Part shown: piece by piece, positions 8,860-16,435 of the stretch | Position numbering within the stretch: the first letter of the stretch is position 1 | Layout of the letters: the number at the start of each line of letters is the position of its first letter | Origin: an uncultured bacterium | Lineage (GTDB): Bacteria > Acidobacteriota > UBA890 | Reading direction: 5' to 3' | DNA length: 30,059 bases | Assembly: GCA_937922775.1 (NCBI GenBank) | Contig: CALAKE010000485.1 | Coordinates: 1 to 30,059, forward strand | Notes under the pieces: model-generated | The model's input: only the letters and a program-made list of their open reading frames with translations | Database searches by the model: none | Told to the model about the DNA's origin: nothing | Program-made: the position numbers and the translations under genes

Positions 8860-10356
8860 ATGAAGGCCAATCTTTTGGCCAGACTCGGGCTTAGGGAATT
8901 CCTGTGTCGCCCAGCGCATGCGTCCGACCTCGATGCGGCACTGCGGGCCGCCGCAAGGGCCTGCCTCCACTCGCCAGGGGCGCAGCAGGCGTGGACGAGC
9001 CTGCGGGCATCTGAGGTCAGGGTTCCCGATAGTGTGTCATCCGTCGAAGACTTGCCCTACGGGTTCGAGGTGCCTGTCGAGCTCGCCGGCCGCGTTTGTG
9101 GCACAGTCGGGTTCGCTGCCGCCGAGCCGGTCAACGGTGATTCGCAGTCTCTGGCGAGCCTGGTCTCCGGAGTGCTCTCGACCTGGGAGGCCCGGCGGCG
9201 CTTGGCTGAGGCTTCACCGTCGTACACGATCGTGGGGTGCAGCGCTGAGATCCGCGGCACAGAGGCGTTGGCGCACCGGTTTGCGGCCCTCGACGAGCCA
9301 GTTCTCATCATGGGTGAAACGGGGGTAGGGAAGGAGCTTGTCGCGCGCACGATTCATTGCCTGAGCCCCCGGCAGGATGAGGTGCTGTGGGCATTCAACT
9401 GTGCCGCCGTTCCCGAGGATTTGCTGGTTAGCGAGCTCTTCGGCCACCGTCGCGGTGCCTTCACGGGAGCCATCCGCGACCAACGAGGTCGTGTTGAAAT
9501 GGCGAACGGCGCCATTCTCTTCCTCGACGAAGTGGGAGACATGGGGCCCAAGATGCAGGCTGCACTGTTGCGCGTGATCGAGACGGGTGAGATCCAGCAA
9601 CTAGGAGACGAGGGACAGGGCCGCCACGTGAACGTCCGTATCATTGCGGCGACCAATCGTGACCTCGAAACTGAGGTCGCCGAAGGCAGGTTCCGCAGTG
9701 ACCTCTACTATCGACTCAGCCCCCTGAACATCAGGGTGCCTGCGTTGAGAGAGAGGCTGGTCGACATCGCAGTTCTGGCTCGACACTTCGTCCGGGTTCT
9801 CGAAAAGGACTGGCATAGACCCCTGGAGCTCACCGATAGCGCGATTCAGCAACTCGTTGCCTACCCGTTCCCTGGCAACGCACGCGAGCTGCGAAATCTT
9901 ATTTTGCGCGCCGCCGCCACCTGCGTAGATGGTCGAGTCGATGATCTCCTCCTTCCAGGTTCGAATCGACGCCCCGCGAGTGCTGCTCTTCCGTGGCCGC
10001 GTGCCGGCGGTGCCGCGCGTACGGCTGCATCTGGCGACGATCGCGCCCACGAGGATCCAAGGCAGGCCTTTCGCGGGCGCGGGCACCCGAGTGTCGGGAG
10101 CAACCTGGCCCGGGCGTCCAGCGCCAAGGGCAGCTTCCCCCGGGCAGAAGGGCGGGTCAGCAGCACGCGCAGACATTCGAGCGGTCGAGCTGACGGTCGG
10201 TCGACCGATCTCAGCTTGAGCTTGGAAGCCGTGACAGCCGATCACCTGCGCAAGGTTCTCGCAATGGCTGAAGGCAACATCAGTGAGGCGGCCCGACTGC
10301 TGGAGATCCCAAGGACGACACTGCAGTCAAAGCTGGAACGCTACGGGCTCCTCTAG
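8860..10356 (+). CDS. Sigma54-dependent Fis-family transcriptional activator (bEBP) with GAF-like N-terminus
   Basis: Walker A GETGVGKE, intact GAFTGA, Walker B LFLDEVG, RIIAATNRDL, FRSDLYYRL, PGNARELRN and C-terminal Fis HTH NISEAARLLEIPRTTL. SD GGAGGT precedes ATG 8860. Confidence 0.95.
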   Translation: MKANLLARLGLREFLCRPAHASDLDAALRAAARACLHSPGAQQAWTSLRASEVRVPDSVSSVEDLPYGFEVPVELAGRVCGTVGFAAAEPVNGDSQSLASLVSGVLSTWEARRRLAEASPSYTIVGCSAEIRGTEALAHRFAALDEPVLIMGETGVGKELVARTIHCLSPRQDEVLWAFNCAAVPEDLLVSELFGHRRGAFTGAIRDQRGRVEMANGAILFLDEVGDMGPKMQAALLRVIETGEIQQLGDEGQGRHVNVRIIAATNRDLETEVAEGRFRSDLYYRLSPLNIRVPALRERLVDIAVLARHFVRVLEKDWHRPLELTDSAIQQLVAYPFPGNARELRNLILRAAATCVDGRVDDLLLPGSNRRPASAALPWPRAGGAARTAASGDDRAHEDPRQAFRGRGHPSVGSNLARASSAKGSFPRAEGRVSSTRRHSSGRADGRSTDLSLSLEAVTADHLRKVLAMAEGNISEAARLLEIPRTTLQSKLERYGLL

Positions 10357-10400
10357 CCGGGACTTCTCAACGAATTGAGGCTGCGCGGGCGTGGGGAGGC

Positions 10401-11027
10401 CTAGCGTGCGACCTGTAGTCCCGGCACGAGTTCCCCCATCGACTGTGAAATGACCGCGACATGCTCTTCGCTCAGGCCGCCACCCCAGACCTGCTGAATC
10501 ACACCCTCGGCATCGAGGGCGAGAGTCTGGGGGACCGAATGCATGCCCAAGTCCGCGATGAAAGAGCGGGCATCTTCCACGACGAGCAGGGGGAACTCTG
10601 CCCGCGATGTTTCTATGAAACGCTGCGTCCTGTCGAGATCATCAAGAGACAAAGCAATGAAGCGCAATTGGCCACTGACCGACCGGTGGATGGAATTCCA
10701 GATCGGTACGTTGGTTCTACAGAATGGGCAAGTGGTCGTGAGGACTACGATGATCGTGGCTGGGTTGCCAGGTTCCGCTGGGCGCAGCTCGATAGAGTTA
10801 CCGCTCAGATCGACAGATCCCGTCACGGGGAATTGGGTCCCGACACGGAGCTCGTTTCGACTCAATGCCGGAGAGGGCGGTGCCGGGCCGAAGCGCCTGA
10901 AGCCCCATAGACCAAACTGAATCACCAGAATAGCGAGACAAAGCAGAAGCACCCTGGTGATGACGCGTTCGAACCGGTTGCCACCGCCTCGCTCTTCTCG
11001 CTCCTCGTCAGAATCGCCCGCGCCCAC
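10401..11027 (-). CDS. Membrane-anchored TlpA/redoxin-family thioredoxin-fold protein
   Basis: N-terminal TM helix, CPFC active site, cis-Pro loop SVPQT. GTG 11027 gives better SD spacing than 11033. Confidence 0.88.
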   Translation of the reverse strand: MGAGDSDEEREERGGGNRFERVITRVLLLCLAILVIQFGLWGFRRFGPAPPSPALSRNELRVGTQFPVTGSVDLSGNSIELRPAEPGNPATIIVVLTTTCPFCRTNVPIWNSIHRSVSGQLRFIALSLDDLDRTQRFIETSRAEFPLLVVEDARSFIADLGMHSVPQTLALDAEGVIQQVWGGGLSEEHVAVISQSMGELVPGLQVAR

Positions 11028-11154
11028 CGCCACCTCCTATCTCACCGGCCTCAGGATCATCCGGTGCGCACAAAGATGGCGCGGCGGGTCGATGGACGCA
11101 AGGGGGAAAGCCCATCGGCCCGCGCGCGCGCTTCGCTGCTGAGCTCGAGGTGTC

Positions 11155-11421
11155 TCAGTAACAGAGAACGTCCGCCGACATTCCGTCGGAGCACCATACG
11201 GTGCAACCGCAGCCCCACCATTCCCACATTCTCGAGCAGCCCTCGTCGAAGATGCTGCAGAAGACGGCGCACGAGTCACCACAATCGACCCAACCATCGC
11301 GGCCGCCGCCTGCACGTTCGGCGTACGCTGGTGACGCAGTCAGATGCACTGTGGCGAGCAATACCAGGGCGATGGCCCAAACTAACGTCGCGATCTCGAA
11401 GTATTTCCTGCGGTTGCTCAA
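11155..11421 (-). CDS. Secreted Cys/Trp-rich small protein, copy 2
   Basis: TTG start with purine-rich SD, 34-aa signal peptide ending AYA, 54-aa mature region with 8 Cys. Differences from copy 1 are almost all synonymous. Confidence 0.88.
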   Translation of the reverse strand: MSNRRKYFEIATLVWAIALVLLATVHLTASPAYAERAGGGRDGWVDCGDSCAVFCSIFDEGCSRMWEWWGCGCTVWCSDGMSADVLCY

Positions 11422-11488
11422 TTACTCTTCCCCTTTCAGGTTCTCCCTCTGTTCCTTGCTGCTCGTTGGCGTTATTCGGGATGGCAAC

Positions 11489-11755
11489 TTAGTAGCAGAG
11501 AACGTCCGCCGACATGCCGTCGGAGCACCACACGGTGCAGCCGCAGCCCCACCATTCCCACATTCTCGAGCAGCCCTCATCGAAGATGCTGCAGAAGACG
11601 GCACATGAATCTCCACAGTCGACCCAACCATCGCGGCCTCCTCCCGCACGGTCGGCGTACGCGGGTGACGCGGTCAGGTGCACCGCGGCCAGCAATACAA
11701 GGGCGATGGCCCAAACCAACGTCGCGATCTCGAAGTACCTTCTGCGTCTATTCAA
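11489..11755 (-). CDS. Secreted Cys/Trp-rich small protein, copy 1
   Basis: SD AGGAGG, TTG start, signal peptide ending SPAYA; mature DRAGGGRDGWVDCGDSCAVFCSIFDEGCSRMWEWWGCGCTVWCSDGMSADVLCY; 83/88 aa identical to copy 2. Confidence 0.88.
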   Translation of the reverse strand: MNRRRRYFEIATLVWAIALVLLAAVHLTASPAYADRAGGGRDGWVDCGDSCAVFCSIFDEGCSRMWEWWGCGCTVWCSDGMSADVLCY

Positions 11756-11881
11756 TGTTCCCTCCTATCTCAGGCTTGTTCGCTCTTTTCGCTCGCCGGC
11801 CTCCCTCTGTGCCGGCCTATCACTATCGAGGTCAAGAACGGACGGCGGGGCCCCTCCTGCCCAGGGTTGATGTGGACACCC

Positions 11882-12919
11882 TCAAGGGGCGTTTGAGGCG
11901 GTCATCTGAGTCCCCACAGAGAAGCTCAAGCCATCCCCATCAGCAGCAACCAGGACACCGTCGGAGTCCATTGTGGCTCCGAAAACACGCCCTTCAGCCA
12001 CCCACTGTTGTTCGAGCTCTCCATCCAGTGAGTATAGGTAGACAACTCGAGAGTTGATCTTGTGCATCACATAGGTAAGAAGGAGCCGATCGCCGGAGGC
12101 GCTCAGGTCCATGTGCAGAATCGGGTCTAGGTTTGCCTGTGGCATGACTTTGCGAGCCTCCTTCAAGCGAATCTCGGCATCTTCGCGGAGCCCAGGCGGA
12201 TCAATGGGCCATTCGCCAACCTGGTTGAGCTCTCTGTCGAACACCCTGACAACGAGCTGTCGGTTGTCGAGCCAATACAAGTTGTCTTCCGAATCGAGGA
12301 CGAAGAGACTGTGAGTCCAAGCTTTGTAGCCGGCGTCAGGCTTTCGGAGAACCGGCTCCGCATCGGTCAGGTCCCCCGAGTAGCGTGTCAGCAGTGCCTC
12401 ACCTTCGCCGGGCCAGGCCAAGACCTCACCCGTCGAGGTAGCGACGATGCTCGAGACACCGCGCTGGGTCACGGACGCCAGATACGTCCCATCCGGCGCG
12501 TACTTGGTGATGCGCCCTAGGCCGTCGTCAGCCACGAATAGGTTTCCGGATGCGTCGATCGCTACGCCGGAAGGCTGCTTGAGCTCACCGGGGCCCTCGC
12601 CCTTGGACCCGAACACCTGAATGACGTTCACACTGCTGTGGTCCACGGTCGGGCGTAGTTGCAGGACACGGTTGTTCCCCGTGTCGGAAACGTACAAGTC
12701 GCCCGTGCTGGACGCGGTCAGGATCATCGCCATATAGAGGGGATCCTCGAGGCCATCGAGCGTTTCCACTCGCAGCGTGGTTTCGGCGAATGGCGTCGGC
12801 TCGGCAGAGTCCGGCGCTGATGGCGAAAGACCCATGATGGCCACCAACCAGATCGTGGCCGCACCGAGAACAGTGACCCGGCCAATCGGGGACATGAGAG
12901 GACCGACAATTCGCGACAT
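11882..12919 (-). CDS. NHL-repeat / 6-bladed beta-propeller exported protein
   Basis: N-terminal hydrophobic signal; NHL repeats GDLYVSDTGNNRV and FGSKGEGPGELKQPSGVAIDASGNLFVAD; SD AAGGAG. Confidence 0.88.
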   Translation of the reverse strand: MSRIVGPLMSPIGRVTVLGAATIWLVAIMGLSPSAPDSAEPTPFAETTLRVETLDGLEDPLYMAMILTASSTGDLYVSDTGNNRVLQLRPTVDHSSVNVIQVFGSKGEGPGELKQPSGVAIDASGNLFVADDGLGRITKYAPDGTYLASVTQRGVSSIVATSTGEVLAWPGEGEALLTRYSGDLTDAEPVLRKPDAGYKAWTHSLFVLDSEDNLYWLDNRQLVVRVFDRELNQVGEWPIDPPGLREDAEIRLKEARKVMPQANLDPILHMDLSASGDRLLLTYVMHKINSRVVYLYSLDGELEQQWVAEGRVFGATMDSDGVLVAADGDGLSFSVGTQMTASNAP

Positions 12920-12957
12920 CGCGTGCTCCTTGGTTAGAGGTTGTCCCTAAACCAATG

Positions 12958-12974
12958 AGCAATCCTCGTGCCAA
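12958..12974 (-). promoter_or_regulatory. Sigma54 (-24/-12) promoter
   Basis: Minus strand reads TTGGCACGAGGATTGCT, matching TGGCACG-N4-TTGCW; predicted +1 near 12947, 28 nt before the propeller ATG. Confidence 0.85.
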
Positions 12975-13048
12975 ACATGAGGATCAGCGCCGAATGGCGT
13001 ATCCATAGGACCTTCGGGCGAAGTCTGCGGTGCCGAGTAGGGGCGAGG

Positions 13049-13064
13049 TGACGGAGAATCGTCA
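13049..13064. promoter_or_regulatory. Candidate bEBP upstream activating sequence
   Basis: Palindrome TGACG-N6-CGTCA centred about 110 bp upstream of the predicted sigma54 +1. Confidence 0.5.
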
Positions 13065-13087
13065 GAGTCAGCGAGCAAAACAGGATA

Positions 13088-13111
13088 CGGGTGCCGAAAT
13101 ATCGGCACCCG
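13088..13111 (-). terminator. Hairpin after the anti-sigma gene (terminator, or alternatively an operator)
   Basis: CGGGTGCCGA-AATA-TCGGCACCCG 10-bp perfect stem 17 nt past the stop; only a weak U-tract follows. Confidence 0.45.
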
Positions 13112-13128
13112 CAGAGTCTTGACCGGAG

Positions 13129-13968
13129 CTAGAGTGGTGCGTCCGCGCTCGCGAGCAGATCGCGGACCTCGGATGCGAGGGCCTTGGCTTCCGAGCCGAA
13201 GACGAAGCGCCAACTCTCGGCTCCCAACCGTGGTGCGGCGAGCTCGTCCAGGATCTGGAGGGACTCGTCTGTCCGCCCGAGCAGCAGCAGCGCGTTCGCA
13301 CGGTACCAGCATGCCTGTCTCAGAATCGCGCTGTCGCTACCGTCACCCAAGGACTCCAATACGGTGACCGCGTCTTCGGGCCGCCCAGCCAAGTAATGTG
13401 CGACGCCTGTGTAGAAACGGAAGAAGTCGACGTCGGCCTGCGCCGGTGGTGCATCGGCAAGAAGCTCGAGGACATGCTCTGGCCGGTCGGCGAGCAAGGC
13501 TTGTCTCGCCTCGTCCAACAACTGCTCCTCACCAGCGCGGCGCACGGCATCAGGAGACGGCCGGCCAATAGTCTCGACGAACTCATCGGTGGCCAGATTT
13601 GCCAACTCGGCTCGCAGATCGACAGCAGGTATTACCTCCGTACGCTGCATCATCGGCGAGGTCCAGACAACGACCGCCAGCAACGCCGCAACCGCCACCG
13701 TAGCGGCCAAGCGCAAATACTGGCGCGCCCACCGGCGGCTGCTGACGGGAGCTCGTGTCGGGAAAGGAATGGTGTTCGGCGTCGAGTTGGCCTCCGCCTC
13801 GCGCAGGGCCTCCAACGCCGCGTCCCGATGGACTTGCAAGCTCACAAGCACCGCATGGAGGTCGGCACATTCCTGACAGCGATCCATGTGATTGAGCTGC
13901 TCGTCGAGGTCCTCAGGGTGCGTATCCCCGTGAATCAGGTCGAGCAGGTCTTCAGTGCTGAGATGCAT
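13129..13968 (-). CDS. Zinc-binding anti-sigma factor (zf-HC2/ZAS) with TM helix and periplasmic TPR-like domain
   Basis: HMDRCQEC (HxxxCxxC), TM segment LAATVAVAALLAVVVW, TPR-like helices (FYTGVAHYLAG, WYRANALLLLG); directly downstream of the ECF sigma gene. Confidence 0.82.
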   Translation of the reverse strand: MHLSTEDLLDLIHGDTHPEDLDEQLNHMDRCQECADLHAVLVSLQVHRDAALEALREAEANSTPNTIPFPTRAPVSSRRWARQYLRLAATVAVAALLAVVVWTSPMMQRTEVIPAVDLRAELANLATDEFVETIGRPSPDAVRRAGEEQLLDEARQALLADRPEHVLELLADAPPAQADVDFFRFYTGVAHYLAGRPEDAVTVLESLGDGSDSAILRQACWYRANALLLLGRTDESLQILDELAAPRLGAESWRFVFGSEAKALASEVRDLLASADAPL

Positions 13969-14033
13969 GAGTTTTGTGGATTCTCGCGCTTCTGGCGCGT
14001 TTCCTGTGCTCCCTAGACGATTGAATAACGGGC

Positions 14034-14603
14034 CTAATGGACATTTTCCGACAACATCTTCTTCAGGTTCCCGAGGGCTGATTGTAGTCGACTATGCAGA
14101 GTGGAGATGGGCGCCCCGGTGAGCTCGGATGCTTCTCTCAGCTTCAGCGGGGGTTGCCGGAGAACCAACAACTCAATGGCTTCACGCTGCGCCTGAGGAA
14201 GCTCCTGCATGCGGCGCAGCATCTCCTTGACCTGCGCGGCCTCGGCCGTCTTTTCTTCTCGTACGACCAGCCGCTCTTCCTGGTCGGCGTCGACGCCTCC
14301 AAGACGTGGCCCTGGCTCACCGGGCTCGGCAAAGCTCGTGAGGCGGGAGCGGGCCCGCACCCTATCGATGGCGCAGTGGTTGACGCTGCGAGTCAGGTAG
14401 CGCCCGGCAGACTCGACATCGGGGAGGTTACCGGCACCGGCGAGCACTCGAGACACAGCTTCCTGGACCGCATCCTCTGCGTCATACGGGTTTCCGGTAA
14501 TCCGCAGCGCAAGGCGCACCCAGATCTCACGGTTCTGCTCGACTGCGGCGGCGACCAGCTCGGCTCTGCTCAGTTTTCGCTCAGCTCTGGTTACTCGGGC
14601 CAC
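14034..14603 (-). CDS. ECF RNA polymerase sigma-70 family factor
   Basis: Region 2 (AEDAVQEA..YLTRSVNHCAIDRVR) and region 4 (LPQAQREAIEL..ISTLHSRL). GTG 14603 with SD GGAG preferred over 14801. Confidence 0.9.
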   Translation of the reverse strand: MARVTRAERKLSRAELVAAAVEQNREIWVRLALRITGNPYDAEDAVQEAVSRVLAGAGNLPDVESAGRYLTRSVNHCAIDRVRARSRLTSFAEPGEPGPRLGGVDADQEERLVVREEKTAEAAQVKEMLRRMQELPQAQREAIELLVLRQPPLKLREASELTGAPISTLHSRLQSALGNLKKMLSENVH

Positions 14604-14904
14604 CTGATGCTCTCCGGGACCGCCTTCCAGCGTGCACAATCGGGGAGACGACGTTGGCATCGCCTTCCCACAGGGCATGATAGCCGTGACCCAGTAATTG
14701 ATGGGAGACAAAAGTGTCTGCCCACTCGAACACAGCGGTCCCCAGCCCTGAACAGCCTGCCGCTGCGCATTCAGCGGCTGGCTCAAATTCAAAGGTAGCA
14801 AATTCCACTATGCGGGCATACAACAAACAACTCGACCATGGTGGGCCAGAAATCTCCAGATGGGGGGGCAACGAGTGGCTACAGAGGCCACTGTATTCTC
14901 TAGA

Positions 14905-15891
14905 TCACGAGGTAGGGCCGCGATTGGCGAGCTGATAGTAGCCGCGCCGCACCCGTGTGAAATCGTCGTACGAAGAGAGAATGGAAGAAACCGTGACGTT
15001 CGGGTTCTTGGCCCTGATCTCAGCGCCCATCGAAATCACCCGATCGGTAATCTCGGCGACCCGCATCGGTTCCTCGGCTTCGGACAAGACCCGCTTGCAG
15101 GCTGCGACGATGGTGTCGGGTCTGCCGCCTCCCGACCGTCTCCCGCGCCCCGACTCCTCACCCTGCGCCGGTTCGATTTGCGATGCCGAATCGGCCGACA
15201 TCCGGGCTCGTCTCACCTGCTTGGATAGTCGGTTGAGCGTCCTGGCCAACTCCTTCGAGGTTGCGACCGCTGTCTCCAGCTCTTCTTCGAGGTCGGAGAG
15301 CTTCCTCGCATACCTACGACTGACGGCAGCCCGCTGCTGCAGCGCACGGCGCTGCCCGCCACCCCTGCGGCCGAGGTTCTCGACCTTGATCTTCCTGAAG
15401 ACTGAAACGGCCTCGGCAGGAAACTTGCGCATCTTGCCGACCATCTCGCTGGGGATCCTGTCGGGCTGCTCTTTCACGTACTTCGAGAGGCTGGCAAGGC
15501 TGATACCTGTCCTGGCAGCCATCTCCGTCAAGGTGAAGAGCTGCTTGTCCGTCTCATCCAATGGATCTTCGCCGTCAGCAACCGCGCGAATCATTCGCAA
15601 GGCCACCCTCGGCACCATGGGATGGCTCGGGCTCCCCAGGTAGGGGATCTCCTCGCGGTGGTCGCGCAGGATCTCCTCGAGGACCTCGACGTCGATTTCG
15701 ATCTCCTGGGAAATCTGTTCCTTCCCGACAACCAGCTCAGGGTCTCGCTCGAAGGACGGATACAGCTTGAGGATGCGCTCGACATCGTCATCGTTGAGCG
15801 AGTTGCTCTCGAGCCCCATGTACTTGATGACTCGAAGAATGGGTGCCAGCTCCAGATGGGGGTGCCTACCGTGAAGCTCCAGTGCAGTCAT
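14905..15891 (-). CDS. Multi-HTH DNA-binding protein (MerR/excisionase-like HTH, coiled coil, C-terminal winged helix)
   Basis: FTLTEMAARTGISLASLSKY HTH, heptad-rich segment, and TIVAACKRVLSEAEEPMRVAEITDRV...FTRVRRGYYQL resembling HARE-HTH. Alternative start at 15819. Confidence 0.7.
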   Translation of the reverse strand: MTALELHGRHPHLELAPILRVIKYMGLESNSLNDDDVERILKLYPSFERDPELVVGKEQISQEIEIDVEVLEEILRDHREEIPYLGSPSHPMVPRVALRMIRAVADGEDPLDETDKQLFTLTEMAARTGISLASLSKYVKEQPDRIPSEMVGKMRKFPAEAVSVFRKIKVENLGRRGGGQRRALQQRAAVSRRYARKLSDLEEELETAVATSKELARTLNRLSKQVRRARMSADSASQIEPAQGEESGRGRRSGGGRPDTIVAACKRVLSEAEEPMRVAEITDRVISMGAEIRAKNPNVTVSSILSSYDDFTRVRRGYYQLANRGPTS

Positions 15892-16018
15892 CTGATCTCG
15901 AATTCCGAAAGAGCCGCGAGGCTCGAAGTAGTGCGTGTGGAGATGTCATCTAGCGCCGGCGAGTCCTTCCCCTCACAGGGTTCTCGTGGCGCGTCGATTC
16001 GAATTTATGGGGACTTTC

Positions 16019-16042
16019 GAAAAAGAATCTCGAAGAGATTCT
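16019..16042 (-). terminator. Intrinsic terminator ending the yhaO-yhaN-HAD-hypothetical run
   Basis: Minus strand AGAATCTC-TTC-GAGATTCT followed by TTTT. Confidence 0.55.
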
Positions 16043-16081
16043 GAGGAGACAATAGAGGGGCCCCAGGACCGTTGTCAAGAT

Positions 16082-16429
16082 TCACGGAGCCGTCGCTTCC
16101 TCCACGTAGTCGACGACCTGAGGCTTGATCCGGCGGGCGAAGTCGGGAGGGAAAGGAAGCCGCACGGCGAGGACTTCACGATTCGGCGGTACCGTTTCGA
16201 GGCGCACCTCGGCCGTAAAGAAAGCATCACCCTCAGATGAGCCTCGCAGTTCTGAGTAGGATTGCTCCCCGAGCTTCATTTCCCAGAGTCTCTCGGCCTC
16301 CTGCATCACTTCACGGAGCACCAATGCGGTATCAGGCAGTACGCGACAGAGCCTGTAGGCGATTGCTCGGCCTGACAGCTCGATGGTCATTACGTTCTTG
16401 TCCTCGTCATTCGAAACATTCATTTCCAC
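16082..16429 (-). CDS. Hypothetical protein
   Basis: 115-aa ORF starting 6 bp after the HAD stop, protein-like composition. Confidence 0.65.
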   Translation of the reverse strand: MEMNVSNDEDKNVMTIELSGRAIAYRLCRVLPDTALVLREVMQEAERLWEMKLGEQSYSELRGSSEGDAFFTAEVRLETVPPNREVLAVRLPFPPDFARRIKPQVVDYVEEATAP

Positions 16430-16435
16430 GTGACC

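Larger units (their letters stand above)
11155..11755. repeat. Tandem gene duplication (two 267-bp units, 334-bp period)
   Basis: Codon-by-codon alignment of 11155-11421 with 11489-11755; the intergenic spacers are not conserved. Confidence 0.95.

Noticed and set aside
11155-11755. The repeat as a CRISPR array or insertion sequence
   Set aside because: Only two long units, both protein-coding with synonymous divergence; no spacers, terminal inverted repeats or transposase.
14604-14801. N-terminal extension of the ECF sigma ORF
   Set aside because: No sigma-like features; an SD-preceded GTG lies at 14603.
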